Shown: positions 48,885 to 59,168 of the stretch, piece by piece
Position numbering within the stretch: position 1 is the first letter of the stretch
Layout of the letters: each line of letters starts with the position of its first letter
Source of the DNA: Armatimonadota bacterium
GTDB lineage: Bacteria; Armatimonadota; UBA5829; DTLH01
Direction of reading: 5' to 3'
DNA length: 64,000 bases
NCBI GenBank assembly: GCA_039680575.1
Contig: JBDKSP010000021.1
Span: 13,239-77,238 of the forward strand
Notes under the pieces: generated by a model
What the model was told of the DNA's origin: nothing
Databases searched by the model: none
The model's input: the letters and a program-made list of their open reading frames with translations, nothing else
Translations under genes and position numbers: made by a program

Positions 48885-49922
48885 TTAACCCTGTTTCTTA
48901 GGCGAAGCATTGAGCATAAGCCTGACGTCTTCAATCAACAGGTCAGCGACTGCGTTGATTTTTGCGTCGGGCTTTACTGTTTTTGGGACGGTTATTTCAA
49001 ATAGAGCCGCAGCCGATTTGGAATATCCTGGGGTTTTGACATTGACCGGCGACAGCGCTTTTACAGCCCAGTCTTTTGGGACATCCAGACGGATTTTCCC
49101 GGTAACACTTCTATCCGTCCAGTTCGTCAATTTCGCTTTGATCTTAACCTTGGCACCGGGGGAGATAGCCCCGGATGTTGTCAGATCGAAGTCGACAGTC
49201 GTTATATACGAGAGTGTATCATAGCGCAGGACCGCATTCCTGGTGTTTTTCTGGACATCACCTCGAATAATCTGTACTGCCTGGCCGAGATGCTTAGCAG
49301 ATTTGGGAAAGTCCGGCGGCTTATTGAATACATATCGCCCGCCGGGAAGCGAGAATGATGTTCCTGTAGGAACGATTATGATTGTAGTAGTACGAATAAG
49401 ATTATCGCCTCTTTCTATACTATCTACCCAATCTGCAACGGCTTGCATAACCGCCTGACAGCGTGATGTTTCGGCGTCCGAAGAGGGACATGCTTTGGCG
49501 CCTGCAGCAGCTTTTGCCTTTAGGCGGGTGTAATAGTCTCTGAGCGCCGGTGGAATATCAGAGCTCGAAAATGAGATGGGTATACCTGCTTCGAGCTGGT
49601 ATTTATTCTTCGTGCCCGCCAGATTACCGTCTATATAGAGGTCATACTCCGGTTCAGTAAGGCCAAGAATGCGTACGGTAATCTTTCTAGGCTCATAGAG
49701 GTCATTGACCATCGCAAAGTATGAAGTCTGACTGGGTGATCCGTTAACCGGTTTCAGTGTTATATTTTTGGCGGTTCCATCTAGCCATTTAGCCTGTTTA
49801 TCCTTGAGTTTATCAAAATGGACTATGGCGACTTCTTTTTTGGTTGAAGGCTGCACGACTGCAGCCATTGCTGTGGACACACATATCAATGCAACTAAAG
49901 CGATGCAGAACACCCTTGTCAT
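48885..49922 (-). CDS. secreted hypothetical protein
   Basis: Signal peptide MTRVFCIALVALICVSTAMAA. No recognisable family. Confidence 0.45.
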   Translation of the reverse strand: MTRVFCIALVALICVSTAMAAVVQPSTKKEVAIVHFDKLKDKQAKWLDGTAKNITLKPVNGSPSQTSYFAMVNDLYEPRKITVRILGLTEPEYDLYIDGNLAGTKNKYQLEAGIPISFSSSDIPPALRDYYTRLKAKAAAGAKACPSSDAETSRCQAVMQAVADWVDSIERGDNLIRTTTIIIVPTGTSFSLPGGRYVFNKPPDFPKSAKHLGQAVQIIRGDVQKNTRNAVLRYDTLSYITTVDFDLTTSGAISPGAKVKIKAKLTNWTDRSVTGKIRLDVPKDWAVKALSPVNVKTPGYSKSAAALFEITVPKTVKPDAKINAVADLLIEDVRLMLNASPKKQG

Positions 49923-50100
49923 ATCAGAATGTTTTCCTCCGGGATAAGTTGATATCTTATAATATTATCGGACTGATCACTACTATTACTATTACTGGTA
50001 ATTATACCTGAACATAAGGCGGATTGGAAAAGAGGGCAGGGGAGCGGCTGGTTAAGTGAAGGGATGAAGGCGCGAGCCCCTCATCCCTTCATAAAAAGTC

Positions 50101-52332
50101 CTATTTCTGGACCATTGCTTTCACTGTGGAGACGATATCGTTTCTTGTCGGAACGACCGCATCCTCCAAAGGCTCGCTCATCGGAACCGGGCAGTCCTTA
50201 CCGGAGAGCATCACGGGCTGAGCATCCAGCCAGTCGAATCCTGTGGTTCCGTCATCGAATTTATATTCAATGAGTTGTCTCACGATCTCGGCTCCGACGC
50301 CGCATCTCGGATAACCTTCGGATACGGTTATGAGTTTTCCGGTCTTTCGCACCGATTCGGCGATTGTCTTGATGTCGAGCGGGTTCAGCGTCCTCGGGTC
50401 GATAACTTCTATATCATAACCGTCTTTTTCAAGTTCCAGAGCGGCATCCATCGCAAAGTGGAGGAGTCTGGAGTAGGCTACTACAGTTATGTCCTTGCCT
50501 GGGCGTTTGATATCGGCAACACCGAGCGGGATTATATAATCACCATCCGGTACCGGGCCCATAGCCCCTGAATAAAGGACCTTGTGCTCGATATAGAGGA
50601 CAGGGTTGTCGTCTCTGATAGCAGCTTTCAAGAGTCCTTTTGCGTCATACGGCGTGGAGGGCATCACAATGTAGATTCCCGGCACGTTCATAAACATCGC
50701 TTCGAGGCTTTCCGAGTGGTGGGCTGCTATACTTCGTCCGACGCCGCCTTCGGTCCTGACTACACACGGCACTTTTGTTTTTCCACCGAACATATACCTG
50801 TTGTAACCGACATTGTGGATTAGCTGGTCGGAGGAAATGGTCAGGAAGTCGATATACATGATCTCGGCTATCGGCCTGGCGCCCCGCATTGCGGCTCCAC
50901 CGGCTGCGCCGACGATAGCAGCTTCGGAAATTGCTGTATCGATGACTCTTCTTGGCCCGAACTCGTCCATCAACCCTCTGGTCGCCGCGTATGCGCCGCC
51001 GTAGAGCCCTACATCCTCACCCAGGATAAAGACTGTCTCATCACGCTGCATCTCTTCACGCTGGGCTTCGAGAATAGCTTGTCCGAAGTTTATAACTCGC
51101 ATACCATGCTTGGCTTCTATAGCCTTCGATTGATCGGCTTTCAGCTTCGGTATGGCAGCTTTGGGAGCGCCGCCGGCTGCTTCTCGTGCGATTTTGCGGA
51201 TTTCGTCCTCGACCTGGTGTATCTTCGGCAGGACTTTTGCTTCAGCGGTTTTCTCAGACTCCAGCTTTGCTGTGTCGACCGGCACATAGACATCGTCCAT
51301 CAGCTCGGAAACGTGAGGGTAGGGGCTGTCGAGTGCAAACTTGGTGGCGTTCTCGATGGTTGCTTCTGCCTTATCGCGAACTGCATCCAATTCTTTCTCG
51401 GTCGCCATTCCGAGATCGGTCAGCTTATCCCGAAGGACAATGATCGGGTCTCGTTTTTTCCACTCTGCTTCTTCTTCGCGAGTCCTGTAGATTCTCTGAT
51501 CGCTGGAGGAGTGACCATACCACCTGTATGTCTTGAGTTCGACAAGGGTGGGTCCGTCGCCGCGGCGGGCTCGCTCGACAGCTTTGGAGACCGCTTTCTT
51601 GACCTCGAGCACATCCATGCCGTCAGCTGACACTCCGGGCATACCATAGGCGGCTGCGCGCTCGGAAATATCGCTTATCATGCTGGCTTGTCCTGCGCAT
51701 TCGACAGTTCTTTGGTTGAATGGGACTGACATGCCGTAAAGATTGTTTTCGCAGATGTAGACTACAGGAAGTCCACAGAAGAGGGTGCTTCCCATATTGA
51801 GTGCTTCATGGAATGAACCGGTGTTGGTGGAACCGTCACCGAAGAAACAGAGAGTGACTGCTCCGCTGCCCTTCAGTGATTCCGCAAGGGCTGCTCCCGT
51901 GGCAACAGGTATGTTGCCACCGACGATACCTGTGGATCCGAGGTTGCCTTTCTGGACATCGGCGATATGCATCGATCCGCCACGGCCTTTACAGTAGCCC
52001 GTGGACTTGCCCATCAGCTCGGACATCATCTTGTTCCAGTGCTCCTGACGGGCTTCTTCGGTTTTTGCGTGCTTGTTGCCGATTGCTCCGCAGTGGCCAT
52101 GGCCTCTGTGCGTACTCGCTATGAGGTCGCGGTCTTCAATAGCTGCTACAGCGCCGACTGCAGCGGCTTCTTCACCTGCATAGAGGTGGGACGCACCTTT
52201 GATGGTCCCTTCTCTCAGCAGGCTGTAGACTTTGTCTTCAAAAAATCTGATTTCGTAAATAGACCTGAGATAATCGAGCAGTTCTGCTTTGCTCTCCTTC
52301 ACAGTCGTAGAGGATCGTTCCTTGGTTGCCAT
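50101..52332 (-). CDS. fused 2-oxoacid dehydrogenase E1 component (alpha and beta subunits in one polypeptide)
   Basis: N-terminal half with the TPP-binding E1-alpha motifs (YRGHGH, GDG...N). A Lys/Ala-rich linker. C-terminal half is an E1-beta transketolase-like domain. Confidence 0.75.
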   Translation of the reverse strand: MATKERSSTTVKESKAELLDYLRSIYEIRFFEDKVYSLLREGTIKGASHLYAGEEAAAVGAVAAIEDRDLIASTHRGHGHCGAIGNKHAKTEEARQEHWNKMMSELMGKSTGYCKGRGGSMHIADVQKGNLGSTGIVGGNIPVATGAALAESLKGSGAVTLCFFGDGSTNTGSFHEALNMGSTLFCGLPVVYICENNLYGMSVPFNQRTVECAGQASMISDISERAAAYGMPGVSADGMDVLEVKKAVSKAVERARRGDGPTLVELKTYRWYGHSSSDQRIYRTREEEAEWKKRDPIIVLRDKLTDLGMATEKELDAVRDKAEATIENATKFALDSPYPHVSELMDDVYVPVDTAKLESEKTAEAKVLPKIHQVEDEIRKIAREAAGGAPKAAIPKLKADQSKAIEAKHGMRVINFGQAILEAQREEMQRDETVFILGEDVGLYGGAYAATRGLMDEFGPRRVIDTAISEAAIVGAAGGAAMRGARPIAEIMYIDFLTISSDQLIHNVGYNRYMFGGKTKVPCVVRTEGGVGRSIAAHHSESLEAMFMNVPGIYIVMPSTPYDAKGLLKAAIRDDNPVLYIEHKVLYSGAMGPVPDGDYIIPLGVADIKRPGKDITVVAYSRLLHFAMDAALELEKDGYDIEVIDPRTLNPLDIKTIAESVRKTGKLITVSEGYPRCGVGAEIVRQLIEYKFDDGTTGFDWLDAQPVMLSGKDCPVPMSEPLEDAVVPTRNDIVSTVKAMVQK

Positions 52333-52563
52333 GAGAATCTCCTGTTAAATTGCAACGCCGGAAGGCGGTTGCCATACATTAATCTTATTTTAGCCCTAAT
52401 ACATGTGCCAGTCAACCGAAGGTCAAACAAAAATGAATTCAAACCTCCTGTTCATCCACCGTTCCAGCGATGGAAAATAATGGCCGTTTGATGAGTATGG
52501 GTATACTCCAAAAGAAATAAAAAGCGAAGTTGGATGTGATCAGAGTGACAAAGGAGGTGTACG

Positions 52564-54327
52564 GTGAATCGCAATAATGGGAATACTGATGATAGACAGG
52601 CGGAGATAGAAAAACAGGGGGTTCCCGAGCCTGTTATGGCATTCGTTCACCAAAGTCCGATCAGTATGTGGGTTACGGACTCCAACGGCACGCTGGTCAC
52701 TGAGAATGAGGCGAGCAGGCAGTTATTCAGGCTCTCGGGTGATGATACACTTGTTGGAAATTACAATATTTTTAAAGACGATGAAATTATCAATCAAGGA
52801 TACGCACCTCGGATAAGGCGCGTCTTCGAAGAAGGAATATCCACTCATTTCGTAATAGATTATCAGTTCTCATACGTTAGGCGCATTCTGCATGTGAATC
52901 CGACACATCTTGCTCTTCGTGTCTTCATTTTCGTTGCGAAAGACATATCAGGTGGAGTCGGGTATGCAATCGTTCAGCACGAGGATTACACGGAGCAATG
53001 GCGGATAGACAAGTCGCTGGCCGAGTCTGAAGCCCATTATCGAAATATTGTCGAGCATATATCTGATTGGGTGTGGGTGATAGACACAGATGGAAGACTG
53101 CTTTATTCCAACCCCGTTGCGGAGACTCTGATCGGGCGGCGGACGGATTATATTCTTGGCAGATGCATAGTTGATTTCGTCGCAGAGCAGACTCGTGACA
53201 AAGTCCGGCAAGCGCTTAATGAAGCTATCCGTGCAAAAAAGAGAATAAACCATATGACAATGCAGATTGTGAGCACGGATGGATCAACGAGCTATCTTGA
53301 AGCGCGTGGGGAACCCATATTCGATCAGCGGGACAATCTGATCGGTTATCGCGGAATTGCCATAGACATGACTGAACGTCATTTAGCGGAGGAGGCTATC
53401 CGAAGGTCCGAAGAAAGGTTTCACACTATATTCGATCACGTACCCGCTGCAATATTCGTGTATGACCGGGACGGGGTAATTCTGCAGGCCAACGCTGCAT
53501 GTGAGCAGGTCTATGGTATATTGCAGGAGCATTTGGTTGGGAGGTCCATGATAGGCGCTGTTGCCAGAAGCGAAGAAATCGAGAGAGTGAAGGAAATTCT
53601 TGGAAGGGTCTTTTCCGGCGAGACTGTGAAGGGCGAAGAGTGGGAAATAGAACGCCCTGATGGGTCAGCGGCACTTGTTTCGGCTAATACGGCACCTCTC
53701 TACGACGAATCAGGCAATGTTGTATCGGGTATCGGCTTGAATATCGACATCACAGAGCGCACGCTGCAGGAACAGAGGAGACTGGAACTGGAGAAGAACA
53801 AACGTGATTTCTATCGCTCCACGATTCTCGCTGCAACCGGTGGTAAGCTGGTTGTCACCGATCATGAAGAGATAGAGAAGATGGCGGGACCAAGTTTGGC
53901 TTCATGGTCTATTACCGAACCGGAGGAGGTTAGGACAGTACGGCATGGTGTCGCTGATGTCGCAAGATCAGCAGGAATGGATGAGCCTAAAATAGAAGAC
54001 CTCGTTCTCTGTGTGGGGGAGCTTATGACAAATACCATAAAACATGCAGGTGGAGGTGATGCATCCATTCATCAGTTGCCGGATGCTCTGCTTTTTGTAT
54101 GCAGGGACCATGGCCCTGGGATTGAAACGATGGTTTTGCCTCAAGTGACGCTGGAAAAGGGGTATTCAACAGCTCATTCTCTTGGAATGGGCTATAAGGA
54201 AGTTATCCAGATCGGAGACAAGGTCAGCCTTGCCACGGATCCGAGGGGTACAACCGTTGCAGTCGAGATGAAACTGAAACATGAGCAAGTGTCTTCTGAA
54301 GCACAGGCGCTGCTCGACAGATGGTAG
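52564..54327 (+). CDS. PAS-domain sensor fused to an RsbW/SpoIIAB-like serine-kinase (HATPase_c_2) domain
   Basis: Three PAS/PAC units. C-terminal block LVLCVGELMTNTIKHAGGGD...CRDHGPGIE is typical of partner-switching kinases. No HisKA H-box. Confidence 0.5.
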   Translation: MNRNNGNTDDRQAEIEKQGVPEPVMAFVHQSPISMWVTDSNGTLVTENEASRQLFRLSGDDTLVGNYNIFKDDEIINQGYAPRIRRVFEEGISTHFVIDYQFSYVRRILHVNPTHLALRVFIFVAKDISGGVGYAIVQHEDYTEQWRIDKSLAESEAHYRNIVEHISDWVWVIDTDGRLLYSNPVAETLIGRRTDYILGRCIVDFVAEQTRDKVRQALNEAIRAKKRINHMTMQIVSTDGSTSYLEARGEPIFDQRDNLIGYRGIAIDMTERHLAEEAIRRSEERFHTIFDHVPAAIFVYDRDGVILQANAACEQVYGILQEHLVGRSMIGAVARSEEIERVKEILGRVFSGETVKGEEWEIERPDGSAALVSANTAPLYDESGNVVSGIGLNIDITERTLQEQRRLELEKNKRDFYRSTILAATGGKLVVTDHEEIEKMAGPSLASWSITEPEEVRTVRHGVADVARSAGMDEPKIEDLVLCVGELMTNTIKHAGGGDASIHQLPDALLFVCRDHGPGIETMVLPQVTLEKGYSTAHSLGMGYKEVIQIGDKVSLATDPRGTTVAVEMKLKHEQVSSEAQALLDRW

Positions 54328-54377
54328 AGAGATAGAGGAGTAACCTAACAAATGACTAAGCGCCCCTTTCACGCGCC

Positions 54378-54406
54378 TTGACACGGTTCCGGGTCGATGG
54401 TAGGAT
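54378..54406 (+). promoter_or_regulatory. sigma-70-type promoter for hrcA (TTGACA-17nt-TAGGAT)
   Basis: Consensus -35 hexamer, 17-nt spacer and TAnnnT -10, about 45 nt upstream of the hrcA start. Confidence 0.5.
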
Positions 54407-54452
54407 GAAACTTGGAAATTAAGCTTTCCGACAGAAACCTGCAGGTAATAGA

Positions 54453-55514
54453 ATGGGTGCGCACTTCGAATCATTGGATGATAGAAAGCGGAAAATTCTC
54501 AAAGCGGTAGTACACGAGCATGTAGAGACTGCCGAGCCCGTTGCATCGGAATCTTTGGTGCAGCATTATGACTTCGGCGTCAGGTCTGCTACTATCCGCA
54601 ACGAAATGGCTGAGATGGCGGATATGGGCTATCTCCGGCAACCGCACACATCCGCGGGACGGATCCCATCGGATTTGGGCTACCGGTTCTATGTAGACCA
54701 GTTGATGGATGCTCCGCATCTGCCAAAGAGCGATGCAGTTAAAGCAAAAGAGAGCCTCGCTTCTGCCGCTGCTGAGTTCGATCGTGCCGTCAGCCAGACC
54801 TGCCGTATTCTCACGGGGCTTACGCGCTACACATCTATCGCCACCCAGATAGTAGGCAGGGAGACGATTATCCGTCATATCAGCCTTTCCAGGATTACAG
54901 GCCGAAAACTGCTCCTTGTCGTCGTGCTCTCGGATGGACGTGTGGAACACAGGATCGTCGATCCGGGTATTCCGGTGCAGGACAGAGATGTAATCCATGC
55001 TTCGAACCTGTTTTCAGCGCATTTCTGCACAGCAAGCATCGAGACAGTGCTTTCAGTCGGTGATAGCGATTTTCCACAGCCTGTATCGCAGTCCGCCAGC
55101 GCAATCTATACAAAAGCGAAAGATGTTCTCAAGGATTTGGCTGAATCCTTGTCTTTTTCTGAGGCCAGTGTTCATATAGAAGGAACAAACTATATCCTGT
55201 CTCAACCCGAATTTCAAGATGTGCTCAGACTTACATCGATACTTTCAGCGCTCGAAGAGCGGACACGGCTCTACCAGCTTCTTTCCAGGCTGGTCCTCGG
55301 TCCTGATGTAACGGTAATCGTAGGCGCGGAGAACCCCTACAACGAAATGCAGGATACCAGCTTTGTCGCCGCAAGCTACAAGATCGGTGACAAGGTTGTC
55401 GGTACTATCGGGGTCATGGGACCGACTAGGATGAACTATCGGCGCGCAGTAGCAGCTGTTGAAATTATGGCAAGAAACTTGAGCAATTTGCTCACCGATT
55501 TGAGCTTAAGTTAA
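54453..55514 (+). CDS. hrcA: heat-inducible transcription repressor HrcA
   Basis: N-terminal winged-helix (RKRKILKAVVHEHVETAEPVASESL) and the HrcA C-terminal domain. Length 353 aa. Confidence 0.85.
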   Translation: MGAHFESLDDRKRKILKAVVHEHVETAEPVASESLVQHYDFGVRSATIRNEMAEMADMGYLRQPHTSAGRIPSDLGYRFYVDQLMDAPHLPKSDAVKAKESLASAAAEFDRAVSQTCRILTGLTRYTSIATQIVGRETIIRHISLSRITGRKLLLVVVLSDGRVEHRIVDPGIPVQDRDVIHASNLFSAHFCTASIETVLSVGDSDFPQPVSQSASAIYTKAKDVLKDLAESLSFSEASVHIEGTNYILSQPEFQDVLRLTSILSALEERTRLYQLLSRLVLGPDVTVIVGAENPYNEMQDTSFVAASYKIGDKVVGTIGVMGPTRMNYRRAVAAVEIMARNLSNLLTDLSLS

Positions 55515-55591
55515 CTTACTTTAATATAAGTTTTCAGACGTAATTGTTGGGTGTTGGTTCACGGCACCCAATACTTTTTGTGAGAGGTACA

Positions 55592-57166
55592 ATGACGGAT
55601 AACGTAAAGCAGGTTAGTAAAGGTGCGGAGGTCGATGAGCGTCTTGCCGCGCTTCTTGCAAACGCCGGAGCGATAAAGACTGTTGCTTCCGCTGTCGAAG
55701 GGACTATCGGGCCAAAAGGGCTGAACTGTATGCTTGTCGACAGGTTCGGCGATGTCATTATCACCAACGACGGAAGCGCAATACTCGATAAAATAGATGT
55801 GACCCATCCGGCTTCCCGGATGCTCATCAACACTGCGAAGGCACAGGATGATGAGGTCGGTGACGGCACTACCACCGCTACGTTACTCGCAAGCGCGCTT
55901 GTGACCGAAGGAGCGAACCATGTCGCCCGGGGCGTGCCTGTAACTAAGGTTATCGACGGGCTGCAGCTTGGTGTCTCTTCGGCGCTCTCTTTCATCAGGA
56001 GCCAGGCAAAGCAGATCGAAGGGTTCGACGACGAATGGCTCATCAAGACCGCGCAAGTCTCTGCGAGAGGACAGGAAGACCTGGCTGAGCTTGCCGTAAG
56101 CGCCGCGAAACTCGTCGGGCGTGAAAAGCTCTCTGAACCTGCATTCAAACTCTCGGATACCATCGTGGCAAAAGAAGGCGCGGAAAACGAGGTTTTTTCC
56201 GGGCTTGTCATCGATAAGGAACGGATTTCCAGACAGATGCCTTTCTCCATCGAAGATGTAAAGGTCCTTGTAGTCGATGATGCCATCGAGCCGGAGAAAC
56301 TGGAGGAAGACGCGCTTGCTACTGAAGCAGGATTCTCCCGTTATATGGCACTCCAGTCAGAGTTTCATGCGAACCTTAAAAAGATAATCGACCTCGGAGT
56401 CCGGTTTGTCGCGGCTGCAAAGTCTATAGATGACGCGGCAGAGGAGATATTTACGGATGCAGGAATACTCGCAGTCCGCAGGTTGTCTTCCAGGGATATA
56501 ACCCGGCTGGCAGACCATACCGGGGCACGTCCGATTAAGCGGTCAGGGCTTAAAAAGGATGCTGCAGAGCTTGAAAAGTTTCTCGGCAAATGCGACCGGG
56601 TATACGAAGATGAGCACCTGGGCCACATACGGGTAATCGGCGGCGAAGGAAAGCCCGCCGCGACGATTTTGGTCGGCGCATCGACACAGGAAGTCAAGGA
56701 AGAGCGTGACCGGATTGCGAAAGACGCGGCTTCGGCGGTCCAGGCTGCGATACTTAGCGGTGTAGTTCCAGGCGGAGGCTCAATTGAGCTTGCGGCCGCC
56801 CGCAAAGTCGGAGAACTCCGGCAGGAAGTCCGGGGAATGGCTGCCTACGGCGTAGATTGTGTCGCTGAGGCACTGAAACGGCCTCTTATGCAGATCGTGG
56901 CGAATGCAGGGTTCAATCCGCTTGAAAAAGTGGAAGATGCAATCGCCGCTCAGTCAAAAGACGGTAAATCATCGCTTGCCGTGGATTGCGATACGGGCGA
57001 GGTCGTCGATATGTTCGAACTAGGCGTCATCGATCCTGCTCGTGTCAAGATTCACGCGCTAAAAGCAGCGGGTGAAGTCGCGGAGGCGGTGCTGAGGATA
57101 AATATAATCATCAGGAAACGTGAGGACGGCACGGGACAGAAACCCGATGGCCGTATGTCGGGGTGA
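55592..57166 (+). CDS. group II-like (archaeal/thermosome-type, 'group III') chaperonin
   Basis: Thermosome/CCT-type blocks GPKGLNCMLVDRFGDVIITNDGSAILDKIDVTHPASRML and QDDEVGDGTTTAT. No GroEL-type GGM tail. GAGAGG RBS before the ATG at 55592. Confidence 0.75.
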   Translation: MTDNVKQVSKGAEVDERLAALLANAGAIKTVASAVEGTIGPKGLNCMLVDRFGDVIITNDGSAILDKIDVTHPASRMLINTAKAQDDEVGDGTTTATLLASALVTEGANHVARGVPVTKVIDGLQLGVSSALSFIRSQAKQIEGFDDEWLIKTAQVSARGQEDLAELAVSAAKLVGREKLSEPAFKLSDTIVAKEGAENEVFSGLVIDKERISRQMPFSIEDVKVLVVDDAIEPEKLEEDALATEAGFSRYMALQSEFHANLKKIIDLGVRFVAAAKSIDDAAEEIFTDAGILAVRRLSSRDITRLADHTGARPIKRSGLKKDAAELEKFLGKCDRVYEDEHLGHIRVIGGEGKPAATILVGASTQEVKEERDRIAKDAASAVQAAILSGVVPGGGSIELAAARKVGELRQEVRGMAAYGVDCVAEALKRPLMQIVANAGFNPLEKVEDAIAAQSKDGKSSLAVDCDTGEVVDMFELGVIDPARVKIHALKAAGEVAEAVLRINIIIRKREDGTGQKPDGRMSG

Positions 57167-57774
57167 GGGAATATTATATGCGCAGACAAAACGATTACGA
57201 CAAAAAGAAAATCGATATAGAAGTCGAAGAAACCAATAGTGAAGAAAGCCTTGAGCCGGAGACCGAAGCACTTACTCCATCGGTCGATGAACTACAGGGT
57301 GAGATAGAGCGCCTGAGGACCGAACTGGAAGAAGAAAAGAAGCGCGCCGATGAGGAACATGACCGTCACCTGAGGGCACTCGCGGACTTCAGCAATTATA
57401 AAAGACGGCACAATGAAGAGTCTAAACAGGCAATTCAGTTTGCATCGCAGGAATTGATACTCAAAATCCTCCCTGTCATCGACAACTTCCAGCGCGCGCT
57501 CGATTCAGCCGAAAAAACGCAGAGCTTCGACGGCCTTGTAGAAGGAGTCCGCTTGACCCTTCGTCAGTTGGGCGATATTCTCGAACGAGAAGGAGTCCAG
57601 CAGATCAAAGCCGCGGGCGAACAGTTCGATCCTGCGTATCATGAGGCCGTCATGCGGGTCGAGACTGACGAATACCCGGAAAACACCATTGTCGATGAGT
57701 TTCAACCCGGCTACATTCAGCACGATAGAGTAATTCGTCCAGCAAAGGTGAGGGTTGCTGTTTCACCGGAATAG
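57163..57774 (+). CDS. grpE: nucleotide exchange factor GrpE
   Basis: Coiled-coil N-terminus and GrpE signature LRALADFSNYKRR...ILPVIDNFQRAL. An alternative ATG lies at 57178. Confidence 0.85.
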   Translation: MREYYMRRQNDYDKKKIDIEVEETNSEESLEPETEALTPSVDELQGEIERLRTELEEEKKRADEEHDRHLRALADFSNYKRRHNEESKQAIQFASQELILKILPVIDNFQRALDSAEKTQSFDGLVEGVRLTLRQLGDILEREGVQQIKAAGEQFDPAYHEAVMRVETDEYPENTIVDEFQPGYIQHDRVIRPAKVRVAVSPE

Positions 57775-57789
57775 AACAATGAATATAGT

Positions 57790-57818
57790 GGCCGGGCTTC
57801 GTCCCGGCCTTCCTTCTC
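57790..57818 (+). terminator. terminator-like hairpin after grpE (ggccgggcttcgtcccggcc plus T-rich tail)
   Basis: Same stem sequence family as the 15122-15141 hairpin. Confidence 0.45.
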
Positions 57819-57829
57819 ATGCTGCATAT

Positions 57830-58162
57830 TTATTGTCGTTTTGGCCTGATTCCCACATACGAAAGCAAAGCCCTTCCGTTGTAGAAAATGTGTATTGTGC
57901 CAAGGAACAGGATAAGGATCCCAGCCAGTTTGTGCAGCTCTTCCGGGAAAAATCCGTGCCTTCCATGTGGTATTGGTGCAGGTGGAGCATCGCGGGTATC
58001 CACAGCGGAAGCCACTGCCGACCTGCCTCTATGCCCATCATGACCATGACTCGAAATCATGGATACCACTGTTACAAACATCGCGATAAAGCTGATCGCA
58101 AGCAATATTGATGTTACTTTTCTCATAGAATTCGTTTTCCTTATAAAGAGATAATAAAGCAC
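57830..58162 (-). CDS. small His-rich membrane protein (hypothetical)
   Basis: Two TM helices flank an HGHDGH / PIPHGRHG segment. Weak support. Confidence 0.3.
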   Translation of the reverse strand: MLYYLFIRKTNSMRKVTSILLAISFIAMFVTVVSMISSHGHDGHRGRSAVASAVDTRDAPPAPIPHGRHGFFPEELHKLAGILILFLGTIHIFYNGRALLSYVGIRPKRQ

Positions 58163-58225
58163 TTGCAGAAAGCCTCTGGCAACATTTAAGCATCCCCAAT
58201 TCTATCGCAAGAAGCTAACGTCGCA

Positions 58226-58978
58226 TTATTCGGAGGATTGCGGAACGTGTATTACCTTGACAACCTCAGGATCCATAAAATCTATCCTTGCTGCTAATGT
58301 ATTAAGCGCATCGATTGGAAGGCTTACTACCACCTGCGGGTTGCGCGGGCTGCATATGGACAATACTTTTACCTTGGCGTCATAGCTCGATACGGACAGG
58401 CTGCGGGTTCCCTCATCGAAGATTTGAGCATACTTCGAGAGTGTTTCCTCATTCGGCTCAGCCATCGTTATCACACAAGGCCGTTTCGGATGCCCATTCT
58501 TGTCTACATCCTTGACCAGCCTGGCTACCCCATCAGCAAGAGTTCTGTCCTTTTCCTGCTGATTATCGTAAACGACCCAATTACCAGTACCGACGTAATG
58601 CTTGAAATCCATTTTCCCATAGCTGAGTTTCGCTGTGACAGGGTCATAACCGCCGCTTCTCTTGCTGACAGCCAGAGAATAGATATTAATCAGATTATCC
58701 GGTTCTCCAAAGGAAAATCCGTTAGCCATCGACTTGTTCAGCTCCGGTTTAGCCACGAATGTCTGCCGACCGGCGAGTATGACCGCCCAACCACCGGCTC
58801 TTGGCGTGATGGCTGTCTTGAACGCTGCCGGATCGGTCTCAGCAAATGCCAGCGTATGCGAGTAAACAGCTTCAACATCCGATTTAGCCTGCTTGAAGCT
58901 GCCAATCACCTCATTAAAGGACGGTGTCTGAGCAGCAACCGCAATGTTCAACAAAAGAACTCCTAGAAACAACCCCAT
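58226..58978 (-). CDS. secreted hypothetical protein
   Basis: Signal peptide MGLFLGVLLLNIAVAAQT. The ORF is open upstream to 59074. No family recognised. Confidence 0.4.
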   Translation of the reverse strand: MGLFLGVLLLNIAVAAQTPSFNEVIGSFKQAKSDVEAVYSHTLAFAETDPAAFKTAITPRAGGWAVILAGRQTFVAKPELNKSMANGFSFGEPDNLINIYSLAVSKRSGGYDPVTAKLSYGKMDFKHYVGTGNWVVYDNQQEKDRTLADGVARLVKDVDKNGHPKRPCVITMAEPNEETLSKYAQIFDEGTRSLSVSSYDAKVKVLSICSPRNPQVVVSLPIDALNTLAARIDFMDPEVVKVIHVPQSSE

Positions 58979-59168
58979 TCCGATACAGATAGTTTTAAGT
59001 CTCAAAAGATACCTCCGCACAGCCGGAAAACCCGGATAATGACATATATTAATATGACTCAGATTTATTCGCATTATTGCTCACGTTGTAAAATCTTGAC
59101 TCTGATACCCATCTGAAGGGATAATCTTGAGAGAGGTACGCCAACTTTTCTGAAAAGGAATCTGACCT

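Noticed and set aside
55534-56286. A 250-aa ORF antisense to the chaperonin gene
   Set aside because: It is inside the chaperonin CDS and its Ser/Ala/Thr-rich low-complexity translation is typical of the reverse frame of an Ala/Gly-rich gene.
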